Made by a program: the position numbers and the translations under genes. A stretch of 64,000 nt of DNA from an uncultured Gemmatimonadales bacterium (lineage in GTDB: Bacteria > Gemmatimonadota > Gemmatimonadetes > Gemmatimonadales > Gemmatimonadaceae). The stretch lies in NCBI GenBank assembly GCA_963850905.1, contig CAWKMU010000003.1, positions 64,001 to 128,000 on the forward strand, given 5' to 3'. This document shows positions 8,653 through 18,991 of this stretch, piece after piece. How positions within the stretch are numbered: the stretch's first letter is position 1; the number at the start of each line of letters is the position of its first letter. Under the pieces are notes generated by a model. The model saw only the letters and a list, made by a program, of their open reading frames with translations. It made no database searches and had not been told where the DNA came from.

Positions 8653-8671
8653 GCGTACCCCACGCGTACCC
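8653..8671 (+). repeat. GCGTACCCCACGCGTACCC, right copy; candidate integrase arm-type site
   Basis: Exact repeat of 99-117, lying between int and the tRNA. Confidence 0.75.
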
Positions 8672-8677
8672 CGACGC

Positions 8678-8706
8678 GAAGACGGCGCACCCGCTTGGGT
8701 GCGCCG
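8678..8706 (-). terminator. Hairpin downstream of tRNA-Ile
   Basis: CGGCGCACCC-GCTT-GGGTGCGCCG, perfect 10-bp stem. Confidence 0.55.
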
Positions 8707-8744
8707 CAGTGTCCAACCACTTGCCCCGTTGTGTGTTGCAGGTA

Positions 8745-8818
<74 letters not shown>

Positions 8819-8931
8819 CAGACGGACGTAATAAGATAATACGCCGCCGCGAGAGCAGACCGGAGAACCGTAGGCCCGTCACCGTCAGATGGATGGTCGC
8901 CGAATTCGGTTGCGCCGCCGCCCGCCGACCT

Positions 8932-8955
8932 GTAAGGGCGGGCTTCAGCCCGCCC
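8932..8955 (+). repeat. REP family B palindrome (GTAA variant)
   Basis: GTAAGGGCGGGCTTCAGCCCGCCC. Confidence 0.7.
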
Positions 8956-9008
8956 TCATCCGCGATCCCACCCGAAAACCGCAATGTCGCCCGGACTGGC
9001 GTCGAGCA

Positions 9009-9437
9009 TCAGTGCTTTCGTACCGCGTCGACTCTCCCACTGACGACGTCGCCCGACACGTACCGAGCCTCGAACGCACCCTTCATCGTGTCGCCGCCAT
9101 CGTAGTGCAGGATGATGTGATTGCGCTCGACGGTCTGGCCCGGCCGCACGGTACTGGGGTAGGGGCCGGCCTCAACGACGATACTGTCGCCGCTCACCAG
9201 CAGCACGCGAAGCGGGACGGCAGGGTCGGTGGCGTGCTGCATCGTCCACCCCTCCGTGCTCGCCGTCGCTGTCAGCACGCTCGCCACCAGCACGCCACTC
9301 GACGCGCCGACGACCGCCCGGTAATCCCAGGTACCTGCAATCTGCGACAACCGTACAGACGCTCCGCCATTCTGCGCCGCCACAGTCGTGGCGGAGCCCG
9401 TCAGAAGTGCCGCTGAGACGAGCAGCGCGCGATACAT
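9009..9437 (-). CDS. Secreted beta-strand-rich hypothetical protein
   Basis: GGAGG RBS, signal peptide MYRALLVSAALL..., IAGTWDY motif. Confidence 0.7.
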   Translation of the reverse strand: MYRALLVSAALLTGSATTVAAQNGGASVRLSQIAGTWDYRAVVGASSGVLVASVLTATASTEGWTMQHATDPAVPLRVLLVSGDSIVVEAGPYPSTVRPGQTVERNHIILHYDGGDTMKGAFEARYVSGDVVSGRVDAVRKH

Positions 9438-9538
9438 AGGAGCTCCCTCCCAGGACAGCGCGCTCATTGACGCAGGCAATATGCCTGCGCCATGTTCGCG
9501 CGAAGAGATACGCGAGGATGACGCCGCCACACCGACAT

Positions 9539-9562
9539 GTAGGGGCGGCCTTCAGGCCGCCC
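9539..9562 (+). repeat. REP family B palindrome
   Basis: GTAGGGGCGGCCTTCAGGCCGCCC, identical at 22176 and 54455. Confidence 0.85.
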
Positions 9563-9624
9563 ACCCGCTCACCTCTGCTCACCACGCTTCCAGTCCGGAC
9601 CCCGCCCACGACCCGCACGCCGCT

Positions 9625-10194
9625 GTGATCCGCCCACACGCAGTCCTGCTGACCGTCATCGCACTCGGCCCCGCATCGCCCGCCCGCCAGCACGCGAGGT
9701 CCACATCTGTCGACTTGCAACCGCCAGGTTGCGTGATGTTTGTGAGCCGCGTATCGAACGCTGCATTGCGAGTCCCTCCCGTCAAGCGCTTCGCCGTCCT
9801 GTACACCAACACGCGCTACGGATTCACCGTCACGCTGCCAGATGATTGGAAGGGCTATGGCGCCGTCGAGGGACGCTGGCGTGGCTACGTGCTCCTGCCC
9901 GACGGCACGACCGGTCCCGATACCATCACGGGGCCCCAGGTCACCATCAGACATCCGCTGTGGACGGAGTCGCAGCCACGCCAGGACATTCCGATCATGG
10001 TCTTCACCCGCGCGCAGTGGCGCTCGGTGACTCAGCAAACGCTGGTCGTGAGCGCCGCACCCATCGGACCGCGAGCACTCGCGCGCAACGCGCGCTACGT
10101 CCTGGCCCTGCCCCCGCGATACAACTTCGCCGCACGCCCAGGGGCCGAACAGGTGGATACCATCCTCGCACACCACGCCGTCCGTCCGTTGTGA
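9625..10194 (+). CDS. Secreted hypothetical protein (start uncertain)
   Basis: Hydrophobic leader and YTNTRYGFTVTLPDDW motif. Confidence 0.6.
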   Translation: MIRPHAVLLTVIALGPASPARQHARSTSVDLQPPGCVMFVSRVSNAALRVPPVKRFAVLYTNTRYGFTVTLPDDWKGYGAVEGRWRGYVLLPDGTTGPDTITGPQVTIRHPLWTESQPRQDIPIMVFTRAQWRSVTQQTLVVSAAPIGPRALARNARYVLALPPRYNFAARPGAEQVDTILAHHAVRPL

Positions 10195-10237
10195 TGGACA
10201 CGCTGGAACCGAACCACAAACCACGGGTGCGCCGCGA

Positions 10238-10261
10238 GTAGGGGCGACCCGTGCGTGGCCC
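10238..10261 (+). repeat. Degenerate REP family A
   Basis: GTAGGGGCGACCCGTGCGTGGCCC. Confidence 0.55.
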
Positions 10262-10288
10262 TCCGTCACGAATCACGAACCGCGCCCC

Positions 10289-10921
10289 TCAACCGTCAGC
10301 CACTGGCTCCGCAACGTCCGCCGGGCGGTCCGCGACATCCACACCCACACCCTCGGCCCGCAGAATCGTCGACGCGTACCGCCAGGCCGCATCGATGTCG
10401 GCGATCACCGCCGCAACCGGTCGGTCGCGCGGCACCGCCCCGCGGAGTCGCGTGGCCGCCGCCTCTACCAGGATCCGCGCGACTTCCTCCGCCTGCTCGG
10501 CCGTCGCCCCAGCGTGCTCGACGCGCTCGATGTACCCGTGCACCCGCTCGTACGCGGCGGGCGGCATCCGGTACGCCAGCACCTCGCCGGCCGCACCCGC
10601 AGCACCCATCACGCCGACGCGCCCCGCACGACCACCACCGTTGCCACGAGTCGCGACACCGCCGGACTCGGGACCCCCGGGCGTCCAGGGCTGTCCCCCG
10701 TCGTCATCCGCCAACAACCAGTCCGCCGATACCTTCAACACCGCGGCCAGTTTGCGAATGACCTGCGGATCCTTCGGACACACGCCGCTGTTCTCCCAGC
10801 GGCTCACCGTGTTGCGCTCGACACCGACCGCAACCGCAAGATCACTCTGTGTGAGCCGCCCACCAGCCGGTGTCCGAATCCGCTGCCGTGCCTCACGGAC
10901 CCGATCGCCAAACGCGATCAC
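10289..10921 (-). CDS. XRE-family HTH transcriptional regulator
   Basis: FGDRVREAR..LTQSDLAVAVGVERNTVSRWEN..LAAVLKVSADWLL. Confidence 0.85.
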   Translation of the reverse strand: MIAFGDRVREARQRIRTPAGGRLTQSDLAVAVGVERNTVSRWENSGVCPKDPQVIRKLAAVLKVSADWLLADDDGGQPWTPGGPESGGVATRGNGGGRAGRVGVMGAAGAAGEVLAYRMPPAAYERVHGYIERVEHAGATAEQAEEVARILVEAAATRLRGAVPRDRPVAAVIADIDAAWRYASTILRAEGVGVDVADRPADVAEPVADG

Positions 10922-11037
10922 CTTCGCCTCCTCACTTCACCAAACGACCACTCCGCCAACGTGCTCCTCCACCACCCCAGACAAGCTTTGCAGTGCCCTG
11001 CCACGCCTGACTCGCCGCGCCTGACCCGACGACCCCC

Positions 11038-11508
11038 TCATCCCTCCTCATAGTCCGAGCCACCGCGATGCCGTTCTTCATCTTCCGTATCATACTCGTC
11101 ATCGAGGTCGACTAGGTCGTCGTCGAATTCGTCGTCGTCGAGATCCTCGTCGAGGTCCTCATCGTCCTCATCCTCCTCATCGTCCTCGTCGAGGTCGTCT
11201 AGATCGTCGAGGTCGTCCGCATCGAGCTCTGCCTCATCCTCGTCGTCCTCGTCGTCCTCGTCATCATCGTCGTCCTCGTCGTCCTCGTCGTCCTCGTCCT
11301 CATCGGCCGGCCGACGCGGCGACAACCAGCCACCGCCAGGCGCTACCCATTCCGCCGTCAGCTCGCCGTCCGCGCGCTCAGGCGCCTCTCGGGCACCGTC
11401 AGCCGGCGTCACGCGCGCTACACGTGACCAGAAGTCCTCCCACGACATCGCGTCCACGACACCCGCCCGTGGCGCGCCGCCCGGCAGCGCGTCGAACAGG
11501 TCCGACAT
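11038..11508 (-). CDS. Hypothetical protein with long Asp/Glu low-complexity tail
   Basis: GGAGAG RBS before ATG 11508; in-frame GAC/GAG runs. Confidence 0.6.
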   Translation of the reverse strand: MSDLFDALPGGAPRAGVVDAMSWEDFWSRVARVTPADGAREAPERADGELTAEWVAPGGGWLSPRRPADEDEDDEDDEDDDDDEDDEDDEDEAELDADDLDDLDDLDEDDEEDEDDEDLDEDLDDDEFDDDLVDLDDEYDTEDEERHRGGSDYEEG

Positions 11509-11803
11509 GGCAGTGCTCTCCGTCGCGTCAAAAGGGTGGTCCTGCGTCGAGACACCGGTCCGATCGCGCCCAGCCAATCCGCTATAGCCGCTCGACTCGC
11601 GTCGCATGCTCCCGCCAGCTGAAACCGCTCGAGCAATTCGCTGCACAGCGTGCGAAGGAAGATGACGGTGGACGGTAAGCGGGCAGGTCGAGGCCGGTGC
11701 GCCAGAGCCGGACGTGGCGCAAGTGTCGTATTCGCACGACACGCGCCGCACGGCTGTGAGAAGGACCGTTACCGGTAGTGGAGTAAGTGAGTGGTTTCGC
11801 GTT

Positions 11804-13639
11804 CTACAGCGACGCCCGCTCCCGTTTGGCTTCCCGCGACAGCTTCTTCCGATCGTTCGCGCTGAGGAACCGCTTCCGCAATCGCACCGATTGCGGGGTG
11901 ATCTCGATCAACTCGTCGTCTTCGATATACTCAAGCGCGCCCTCCAGCGTCAACTCCCGCGGGGGCTCCAGCTGGATGTTCTCGTCGCTGGCCTTGCTGC
12001 GCATGTTGGTCAGTTTCTTCTCTTTGGTCGGATTTACGTCCATATCACCCGGCCTCGAGTTCTCCCCCACAATCATCCCCTCGTAGACCGGCGTACCCGG
12101 GGCCACAAACAAGGTCGACCGCTCCGCCAGATTGGCCAAGGCGAACGCGACCACGACCCCCGCCTCCATGGACACGAGGGTGCCGCGCGAACGGCCGGCC
12201 AACGGCCCCGCCCAGGGTCCGTAATCCAGAAACCGATGGTGAATGATGCCCATGCCACGGGTATCGGTCAGGAATTCCGAGCGATAACCGAAGAGCCCGC
12301 GGGCCGGAATCCGATACAGCAGCCGCACCAGCCCCTGCCCGGGATTCTTCATCTCCAGCATCTCCGCCCGGCGCTGCCCGAGCTTCTCGATCACCACACC
12401 CAAGTACTCCTCGGGCACGTCGATCGCGAGCTCCTCGTACGGCTCCAGCCGCTCGCCCGTGGCCCCGCGCTTCGTGATCACCCGCGGTCGCGACACCTGG
12501 AACTCGTAGCCCTCGCGCCGCATCGTCTCCATTAAAATCGACAGGTGCAGCTCCCCGCGACCGGACACCGTCCAGGTATCGGTCGAATCCGTGTCCGCCA
12601 CACGAAGCGCAACGTTGCGCTCGAGCTCCCGGTAGAGGCGCTCGCGCACCTGACGCGAGGTCACGAACTTCCCGTCGCGCCCCGCAAAGGGCGAGTTGTT
12701 CACGAGGAAATCGACCGAGATCGTCGGTTCCTCGACCGCGATCCCCGCCAGACGATCAGCGTGCTCCACGTCCGTCACCGTCAGCCCGATCTCCACACCC
12801 TCGAGCCCCGCCAACGCGACGATCTCCCCGGCGGGCGCTGACTCCACCTCGATCCGCTCCAATCCCTCGAAGCCATACAGCTTCGTCGCCCGCGCGCGCT
12901 GCGCCGGCTCAGTCGGATCGAGTGGCAAGAGCGCCACGGTATCGCCCACGTGCACCGTGCCCCGCTCGATGCGCCCGATCCCCAGCCGGCCGAGATACGG
13001 CGAGTGGTCGATCGTCGAGATGAGCATCTGGAAGGGGCCCATCGCGTTACCGGGCGGCGGCGGCACGTGTTGCACAATCGACTCGAACAGCGGCGTCAAG
13101 TCGACAGCCGGTATATCGAGATCGGTCGTTGCCACCCCGTCGCGCGCCGACGCATAGATCACCGGCGCGTCGAGCTGCGCCGCATCCGCCTCGAGCTCAA
13201 TGAAGAGATCGAGCACCTCATCGTGCACGCGCAGCGGATCCGCACCGGGCCGGTCGATCTTGTTGATCACCACGATCGGCGTGCGGCCAAGAGCCAGCGC
13301 TTTCCGCAACACGAATCGCGTCTGCGGCATAGGCCCGTCGAACGCGTCGACCACCAGCAACACCCCGTCCACCATCCGGAGGATGCGCTCGACCTCGCCG
13401 CCGAAGTCCGCGTGACCGGGCGTGTCGACAATGTTGATCTTGGTCTCACGCCACCGCACGGATGTGTTCTTCGCGAGGATGGTGATGCCACGCTCGCGCT
13501 CGAGTGGGTTGGAATCCATCACCCGCTCCATGACGACCTGGTTCTCACGAAACGCCCCCGCCTGCCGAAGCATCTTGTCCACGAGGGTCGTCTTACCGTG
13601 GTCGACGTGCGCGATAATGGCCACGTTCCTGATTCGCAT
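11804..13639 (-). CDS. typA: Translational GTPase TypA/BipA
   Basis: [42 protein letters not shown]. Confidence 0.97.
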   Translation of the reverse strand: MRIRNVAIIAHVDHGKTTLVDKMLRQAGAFRENQVVMERVMDSNPLERERGITILAKNTSVRWRETKINIVDTPGHADFGGEVERILRMVDGVLLVVDAFDGPMPQTRFVLRKALALGRTPIVVINKIDRPGADPLRVHDEVLDLFIELEADAAQLDAPVIYASARDGVATTDLDIPAVDLTPLFESIVQHVPPPPGNAMGPFQMLISTIDHSPYLGRLGIGRIERGTVHVGDTVALLPLDPTEPAQRARATKLYGFEGLERIEVESAPAGEIVALAGLEGVEIGLTVTDVEHADRLAGIAVEEPTISVDFLVNNSPFAGRDGKFVTSRQVRERLYRELERNVALRVADTDSTDTWTVSGRGELHLSILMETMRREGYEFQVSRPRVITKRGATGERLEPYEELAIDVPEEYLGVVIEKLGQRRAEMLEMKNPGQGLVRLLYRIPARGLFGYRSEFLTDTRGMGIIHHRFLDYGPWAGPLAGRSRGTLVSMEAGVVVAFALANLAERSTLFVAPGTPVYEGMIVGENSRPGDMDVNPTKEKKLTNMRSKASDENIQLEPPRELTLEGALEYIEDDELIEITPQSVRLRKRFLSANDRKKLSREAKRERASL

Positions 13640-13697
13640 AGCCTTGCAATATAGTCGGTTAGGTGACCTCCACGCCGATGGCGCGTTATTCGTGACG

Positions 13698-15467
13698 ATG
13701 CCGTCGCTCGCCGCACACAAGAGCCGAAACCCTGGGAAATGGGACCGGAAGCAGCCGGCCGCGAAGACTGGGCCTTTTTCTCCTCTCTCCTTTCAGGTGT
13801 TCTCCTTTCTCGGCGCGAGCGCCGTCGCCGCCGCGGTCTACATCGGAGCCCTGGCCAACGGATTCGCGTACGACGACCTCTCCGTCATCTCGAACAACGA
13901 CTGGGTGCGGCACGGAGCCGTTCTCACGCAAGCTTTTGCCTTGCCGTACTGGCCATCCGGCGCGCTCTACCGCCCGCTCACGAGTCTCTCCTACGGCCTG
14001 GATTGGGCGCTGAGCGGTGGGCACCCCCTCCTGTTTCACGCGGTGAACATCGCGTGGTACGCACTGGACGCCGTGCTCGTCACCCGCCTGGCGCTCCGAT
14101 GGTGGCCACCGCTCGCTGCCGCACTCGCGGGCCTCCTCTTCGCCGTACAGCCGGTACACGTCGAAGCAGTGGCCAACGTCGTTGGACGAGCCGAGCTGCT
14201 CACCGGGACCGCTCTCCTCACACTCGCACTGGTCGCGTCGACACCACGCCCGCTCTCGACGGCCCGCCTGGTCGTGATCGGACTGCTATCGGCCGCCGCA
14301 CTCTGTACAAAGGAGACCGGGGTCGTCGCGCCGCTCATCGTGTGGGCAACCGCTCGCCTGCGGCCTGACACGACCACGGCAGATGTCCGCCGGATGACCG
14401 GTGCCGCCCTCCTCGGGGTCGCCGTCCCCCTCGTGCAGCGGATCAATGTCCTCGGCACCGTGACCGGGGATAGCCCGCACCCGGCGTTCATCGCCGCGTC
14501 GCATACCCAGTCGCTGGCCTTGGCGCTCGCGACGATTCCCCGCGCCACCTGGCTGCTCATCGTCCCACACCTGCCTCGCATCGACTACTCGCCGTCAACC
14601 GCGGCACTCACACACCCCGATGTCACACTCGTGTCGTGCGGCGCAGTGCTCGTCATCCTCGCCTGCGGGGTGCTCGTCGTCCACGCACGCTGGCCATCGC
14701 GGTGGACGTGGGCCGCCGTGTTCGCGATCGGTACGTTCGCGCCGGTCTCCAACTTCGTCGTGCACACCGGCGTCGTGCTGGCCGACCGCACGCTGTATTG
14801 TCCGAGCATCGGCACCTCGATACTGCTTGGCGCCGCGATCGCATTCTGTATGAACGCCGCAGCGCGCCTCCGGATCGGTGCTGCTCTTGGCCGGTTGACC
14901 CACACTCGCGGTTCCCGGCACCCGTCAGCCCATCGTGCACACGCCATCGTGCAGCGCAGCCTCACAGTCGCAGTGTCGGCCGCCGCGGCCACGCTCGTCA
15001 TCGCCAGCGTCATCGATACCGTGCGGACGGTCGGTGTGTGGCGCGACAACCAGTCGGTCTTCACCGCAATGCGCGACCGCTCACCGAACAGCTACCGCGG
15101 CTACTACATGCTCGGCGTCGAAGCCCGCACGCAGAGCGCGCGCACGCATGAGCCCTCACTCGAGGCGCACCGCGATTTCATCACCGCCATCTCGCTGTTC
15201 GACGGTGACCCGATCCTCCTCTACGAGGCCGCCGTCAACGCGTTGCAGCTCCGCGATACCTCGGACGCCCTGACTTGGCTCGCGCAATCAATCGACCGCG
15301 ACCCCAGACAGCGGCGTCCGCGGACCATGCTGGCCCTGTTGGACCTCTCCCGCGGCGAGACGTCGGCCGCGCGCGAGTTGCTCCGCACCGGCGTCGCACT
15401 CGAGCCGGATCAGCGAGCGTGGCGCAAGATGCTCGACTCGCTCGACCGCGCCGCCCACACATCCTGA
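13698..15467 (+). CDS. TMTC/DUF1736-like GT-C glycosyltransferase with TPRs, copy 1 (start uncertain)
   Basis: [38 protein letters not shown]-terminal TPR-like helices. Confidence 0.8.
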   Translation: MPSLAAHKSRNPGKWDRKQPAAKTGPFSPLSFQVFSFLGASAVAAAVYIGALANGFAYDDLSVISNNDWVRHGAVLTQAFALPYWPSGALYRPLTSLSYGLDWALSGGHPLLFHAVNIAWYALDAVLVTRLALRWWPPLAAALAGLLFAVQPVHVEAVANVVGRAELLTGTALLTLALVASTPRPLSTARLVVIGLLSAAALCTKETGVVAPLIVWATARLRPDTTTADVRRMTGAALLGVAVPLVQRINVLGTVTGDSPHPAFIAASHTQSLALALATIPRATWLLIVPHLPRIDYSPSTAALTHPDVTLVSCGAVLVILACGVLVVHARWPSRWTWAAVFAIGTFAPVSNFVVHTGVVLADRTLYCPSIGTSILLGAAIAFCMNAAARLRIGAALGRLTHTRGSRHPSAHRAHAIVQRSLTVAVSAAAATLVIASVIDTVRTVGVWRDNQSVFTAMRDRSPNSYRGYYMLGVEARTQSARTHEPSLEAHRDFITAISLFDGDPILLYEAAVNALQLRDTSDALTWLAQSIDRDPRQRRPRTMLALLDLSRGETSAARELLRTGVALEPDQRAWRKMLDSLDRAAHTS

Positions 15468-15474
15468 GCGCCCG

Positions 15475-17181
15475 GTGCCCCCCGCCGGCCAACCGCTTCA
15501 CCGCCCCGCTGCACCGTCCGCACGCCCGAAACCGAGCGTCGGCGGCCCACCCCTCACCGTCGCCGCCAGTTCCCCGTCATCCGTCACCCGTCGCCCGTCA
15601 CCCGTCTTTCTCGCCCTTCCTGTCCTCCTGGCCGTCCTCTGCTTCCTGCCGGCACTCCGCGACGGCTTCGCGCTCGACGATCTCCCGATCATCCGCGACA
15701 ACCTGCAGATCCATTCGCTCGCCGGGATCCCGCGGGCACTGGCGCTGCCCTACTGGTACGCCGAGCGCCACCTCTATCGCCCGCTGACGACCCTGTCGTT
15801 CGGACTTGAATGGACGTTGGGCGGAGGCCGGCCGCTGCTCTTCCATCTGCTCAACCTCCTCTGGCACGCGCTGGTCACGGCACTGGTCGTCCGCCTCGCA
15901 CTCCGCTGGTGGCCGCCGCTCGCGGCGGGTGTCGCCGGTCTGTGGTTCGCCGTCCACGCGGTCCACGCAGAGACCGTCGCGAACATTGTCGGACGGTCCG
16001 AGCTGGTCTGCGCCGCAGCATTGCTCGGCCTTGCGCTCCTCGCGAGCGGTCAACCCGCAGTTGATGCGCCCGCGGCGCGCCGGCGCGAGTGGTGGTGGGT
16101 CTTCGCGCTCGCGGCTGCGGCGATGGCAAGCAAGGAGACCGGTGCCGTCGCGCCGTTTATTGCGTGGGCCGCTGCCATCACACCAGTCGCGGACACGCCG
16201 CACCGGGACAGACATCGCGCATGGCGCCTGGCCGGCGCCGCGGCCGCCGGCGTCGTGGTGCTGATCGCCGCACGCCTCATCGTGCTTGGCTCATTCGCGG
16301 GCGACGCGCCGCACTACGCCTTCAGCCTGATCTCGGGCATACGTGCCGTGCTGCTCGCCCTCGCGACGATCCCGACCGCTGTCGGGTTGCTGCTCGTGCC
16401 GCAGCCACCGCGCCTCGACTATTCGCCGCCCGAGACGATCATTTTCCACCCCCCGTTCGCCGCCGTCGCCGCGGGGACGGCCGTAGTGCTCGCGGCCATC
16501 GCAGTCGTGGTGTGGCACGCGCGAAAGCCGAATCGCTGGACATTGGCCGCATGCTTTGCTGCGGCCACATTTGCGCCAGTCTCGAACCTGCTCGTGCACA
16601 CAGGGATCGTCGTCGCGGACCGTACGCTGTATAGCCCGAGCATCGGTGTCGCCCTCATTGCCGGTGCCGCCATCGCTGCCGCATGGTCTGCCCGCCAGTG
16701 GCTCCACGTGGCCGGCGCGGCGCTCATCATGGCGACGGGCGCCGTCTTTACCGTTTCGTCGCTCGGCGCCTGGCGCGATTCCCAGACAGCGTTCACCGCG
16801 ATCCGCGACCGCTCGCCCGCGAGCTTCATCGGCCACTACATGGTCGCCAAGGTGGAGGACTCCCAGGGCGATGCCCAAGCCGCCGGCATCGAGTACGCGC
16901 ATGCCCTCGCGCTGACGCCGCACAACGCCCCGCTGCTCTACATGGCTGGCGCCAACGCCCTGCGCCGCCGCGATACCACTGCCGCCTTTGCGCTGCTGTC
17001 GCGATCGGTCACCCTGGGCCCAACCAGTGCCCGCGCCCGCACTGCCCTTGCGACGCTGACGCTGACCCTGGGCGATACCGCCACCGCCATCCGCCTCCTC
17101 CGCGCCGGCCTCGCCCTCGATCCGACGGAGCGCGTATGGCAAATGGAACTGCGGCACTTGGGAGAGGGGACGGCACGGTAA
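15475..17181 (+). CDS. TMTC/DUF1736-like GT-C glycosyltransferase with TPRs, copy 2
   Basis: LDD.PII.DN, YRPL, HAETVANIVGRSEL, KETG, VADRTLYSPS. Confidence 0.8.
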   Translation: MPPAGQPLHRPAAPSARPKPSVGGPPLTVAASSPSSVTRRPSPVFLALPVLLAVLCFLPALRDGFALDDLPIIRDNLQIHSLAGIPRALALPYWYAERHLYRPLTTLSFGLEWTLGGGRPLLFHLLNLLWHALVTALVVRLALRWWPPLAAGVAGLWFAVHAVHAETVANIVGRSELVCAAALLGLALLASGQPAVDAPAARRREWWWVFALAAAAMASKETGAVAPFIAWAAAITPVADTPHRDRHRAWRLAGAAAAGVVVLIAARLIVLGSFAGDAPHYAFSLISGIRAVLLALATIPTAVGLLLVPQPPRLDYSPPETIIFHPPFAAVAAGTAVVLAAIAVVVWHARKPNRWTLAACFAAATFAPVSNLLVHTGIVVADRTLYSPSIGVALIAGAAIAAAWSARQWLHVAGAALIMATGAVFTVSSLGAWRDSQTAFTAIRDRSPASFIGHYMVAKVEDSQGDAQAAGIEYAHALALTPHNAPLLYMAGANALRRRDTTAAFALLSRSVTLGPTSARARTALATLTLTLGDTATAIRLLRAGLALDPTERVWQMELRHLGEGTAR

Positions 17182-17190
17182 GGAACAGGC

Positions 17191-17282
17191 GGTGACGGGT
17201 TTCGGGTAATGGCAACGACGCCTGCTATTCGGCGGGTAGGGGCGACGCAATGCGTCGCCCGCCGTTGGCGAACGGCGCACGA
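17191..17282 (+). repeat. ~90-bp REP-A-containing module (REP 17236-17260), near-identical to 19543-19634
   Basis: GGTGACGGGTTTCGGGTAA...CCTGCTATTCGGCGGGTAGGGGCGACGCAATGCGTCGCCCGCCGTTGGC shared by both copies. Confidence 0.85.
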
Positions 17283-17301
17283 CGCCCGCGCGTCTAGCCC
17301 C

Positions 17302-18906
17302 TCACTTCTTCCCCGCGGGCCTGGGCGTCGCTGAGCCCCCCTTCGTCGCCGGATTCGATCCCGACTTCGAAGCCGAATTCGCGTCCTCGGTTTCGGCAAA
17401 GCTCATGTCGTGCCCATGGTTCTTGAGAAGCATCACGAGGCCGGTCTTGTCCTGCGCCCTCAAATAGGCCTCTCTGGGCTCGACCTGCCGCGCGTCCACC
17501 AGCTCGGCCAGCGCGTCGTTCAGCGTCACCATGCCCAGCCGTCGCGACGTTTGCATGATCGACGGGATCTGGAACGTCTTGCCCTCGCGAATCAGGTTCG
17601 CCAGCGCGGGAATCGCCAGCAGAATCTCACGTGCCGCCACCCGGCCACCGCCGATCTTGCGGCAGAGAATCTGGGCGATCACGCCCTTGAGCGACTCCGA
17701 CAACATGACGCGGATCTGTTCCTGTCGGTCGGCGGAGAACTGATCGATGATGCGGTCGACCGTGCTCGCCGCCGTCGTCGTGTGCAGCGTGCCGAACACC
17801 AAGTGGCCGGTTTCCGCGGTCTCGATCGCAATCGAGACGGTTTCGAGGTCACGGAGCTCGCCGACGAGAATGATGTCTGGATCCTCACGCAGCGCGGCGC
17901 GCAGCGCGGCCTTGAACGACTGCGTGTGTTGACCGACCTGTCGCTGCGTGATCATGCACTTCTTGTTGTTGTGCACGAACTCGATCGGGTCCTCGATCGT
18001 GATCACATGATCGTTGCGGACGCGATTCACGAGGTCCACCAATGCGCACAGCGTGGTCGACTTGCCCGAGCCCGTCGGCCCAGTGACCAGCACCAGCCCC
18101 TTACTGAGATAGCAGAGGTTCTGCACCTCCTGCGACAGCCCGAGCTGCTCGACCGTGATCACGCTCGACGGGATGATACGAAAGACCGCGGCCGACCCGC
18201 GCCGATCCCTGAGCGCGTTGGCGCGGAAGCGCGCAACGCCCTCGAGTTCGTAGGCGAAGTCGGTGTCCCAGGCGTCGGCGTACTCCTGCCGGTTCCTTGG
18301 CGGCATGATCGCCCGGAGCATCGCGGTCATCGCGTCGTCCTCGATCGCCGGATACCCCTCCAACCGCACGATCTCACCATGCAGCCGCATCAACGGCGGC
18401 TCGCCGCACCTGAGATGCAGATCCGAGGCGCCCTTCTCCGCCAGGATCTTGAGCAGACTGTCCATGTCGTGCAGTGCCGCTTTCGCCTTCTCAGTAGCCG
18501 TCTCGGCCACCGCCAGTTGGCTGTCGCCTTCGACGATGAGCGTCGCCATCCGCGGCTCGGCGCGGTCGCCGTTCACCGCGCCGTTCGTGCTCAGGTCGCG
18601 CCCGGGCACATACACGTCGATGGACGCGTACCACTTGCCAGATTCGATGGTCGTCCGGACCGAGAAGACAGTCCCGGCGTGCGTGTAGTGAAAGGCGGTC
18701 GGCAAACCCTCTGCGAGCTGCTCGGCCGCGCTCTCCGGCGCGATCTCGCGCAACAGCATGAGGAGTTGCTGGGACGAAAGTGCCTGGCGCGTGATCGGCC
18801 GCGGCACCCCCTCGACCTGCAGGACGGCCACGTCGTTCTCGATCAGATTGATCGATTCGGCGTGGTTCGACACCATGACATCGAGGAAGCGGTCGAGCTG
18901 GGCCAT
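17302..18906 (-). CDS. pilT: Type IV pilus retraction ATPase PilT/PilU family with extra N-terminal domain
   Basis: ASDLHL, GPTGSGKST, EDPIE, ALREDPD, GELRD, AETGHLVFGTLHT. Confidence 0.92.
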   Translation of the reverse strand: MAQLDRFLDVMVSNHAESINLIENDVAVLQVEGVPRPITRQALSSQQLLMLLREIAPESAAEQLAEGLPTAFHYTHAGTVFSVRTTIESGKWYASIDVYVPGRDLSTNGAVNGDRAEPRMATLIVEGDSQLAVAETATEKAKAALHDMDSLLKILAEKGASDLHLRCGEPPLMRLHGEIVRLEGYPAIEDDAMTAMLRAIMPPRNRQEYADAWDTDFAYELEGVARFRANALRDRRGSAAVFRIIPSSVITVEQLGLSQEVQNLCYLSKGLVLVTGPTGSGKSTTLCALVDLVNRVRNDHVITIEDPIEFVHNNKKCMITQRQVGQHTQSFKAALRAALREDPDIILVGELRDLETVSIAIETAETGHLVFGTLHTTTAASTVDRIIDQFSADRQEQIRVMLSESLKGVIAQILCRKIGGGRVAAREILLAIPALANLIREGKTFQIPSIMQTSRRLGMVTLNDALAELVDARQVEPREAYLRAQDKTGLVMLLKNHGHDMSFAETEDANSASKSGSNPATKGGSATPRPAGKK

Positions 18907-18925
18907 GTGGGGGGTTGGGGCGATG

Positions 18926-18981
18926 GCACGGGCGACGCGTGTGTCGCCCGCAGATTGTAGGGGCGACGTTATGCGTCGCCC
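18926..18981 (+). repeat. Two REP-A-like palindromes
   Basis: GGGCGACGCGTGTGTCGCCC and GTAGGGGCGACGTTATGCGTCGCCC. Confidence 0.7.
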
Positions 18982-18991
18982 GGGGTTTTTG

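Noticed and set aside
9009..10921. XRE gene and secreted-protein genes as part of the integrated element
   Set aside because: They lie on the 5' side of the tRNA, outside the arm-site repeats, and are interspersed with host REPs
11100..11303. (TCG/TCC)n tract as a non-coding VNTR
   Set aside because: It is explained by Asp/Glu codons of the minus-strand ORF
17410..18960. Long antisense ORFs (this one; also 24692-26497, 26848-27837, 28854-29873, 41694-42752)
   Set aside because: These are shadow ORFs of well-supported genes, expected at high GC, with no motifs
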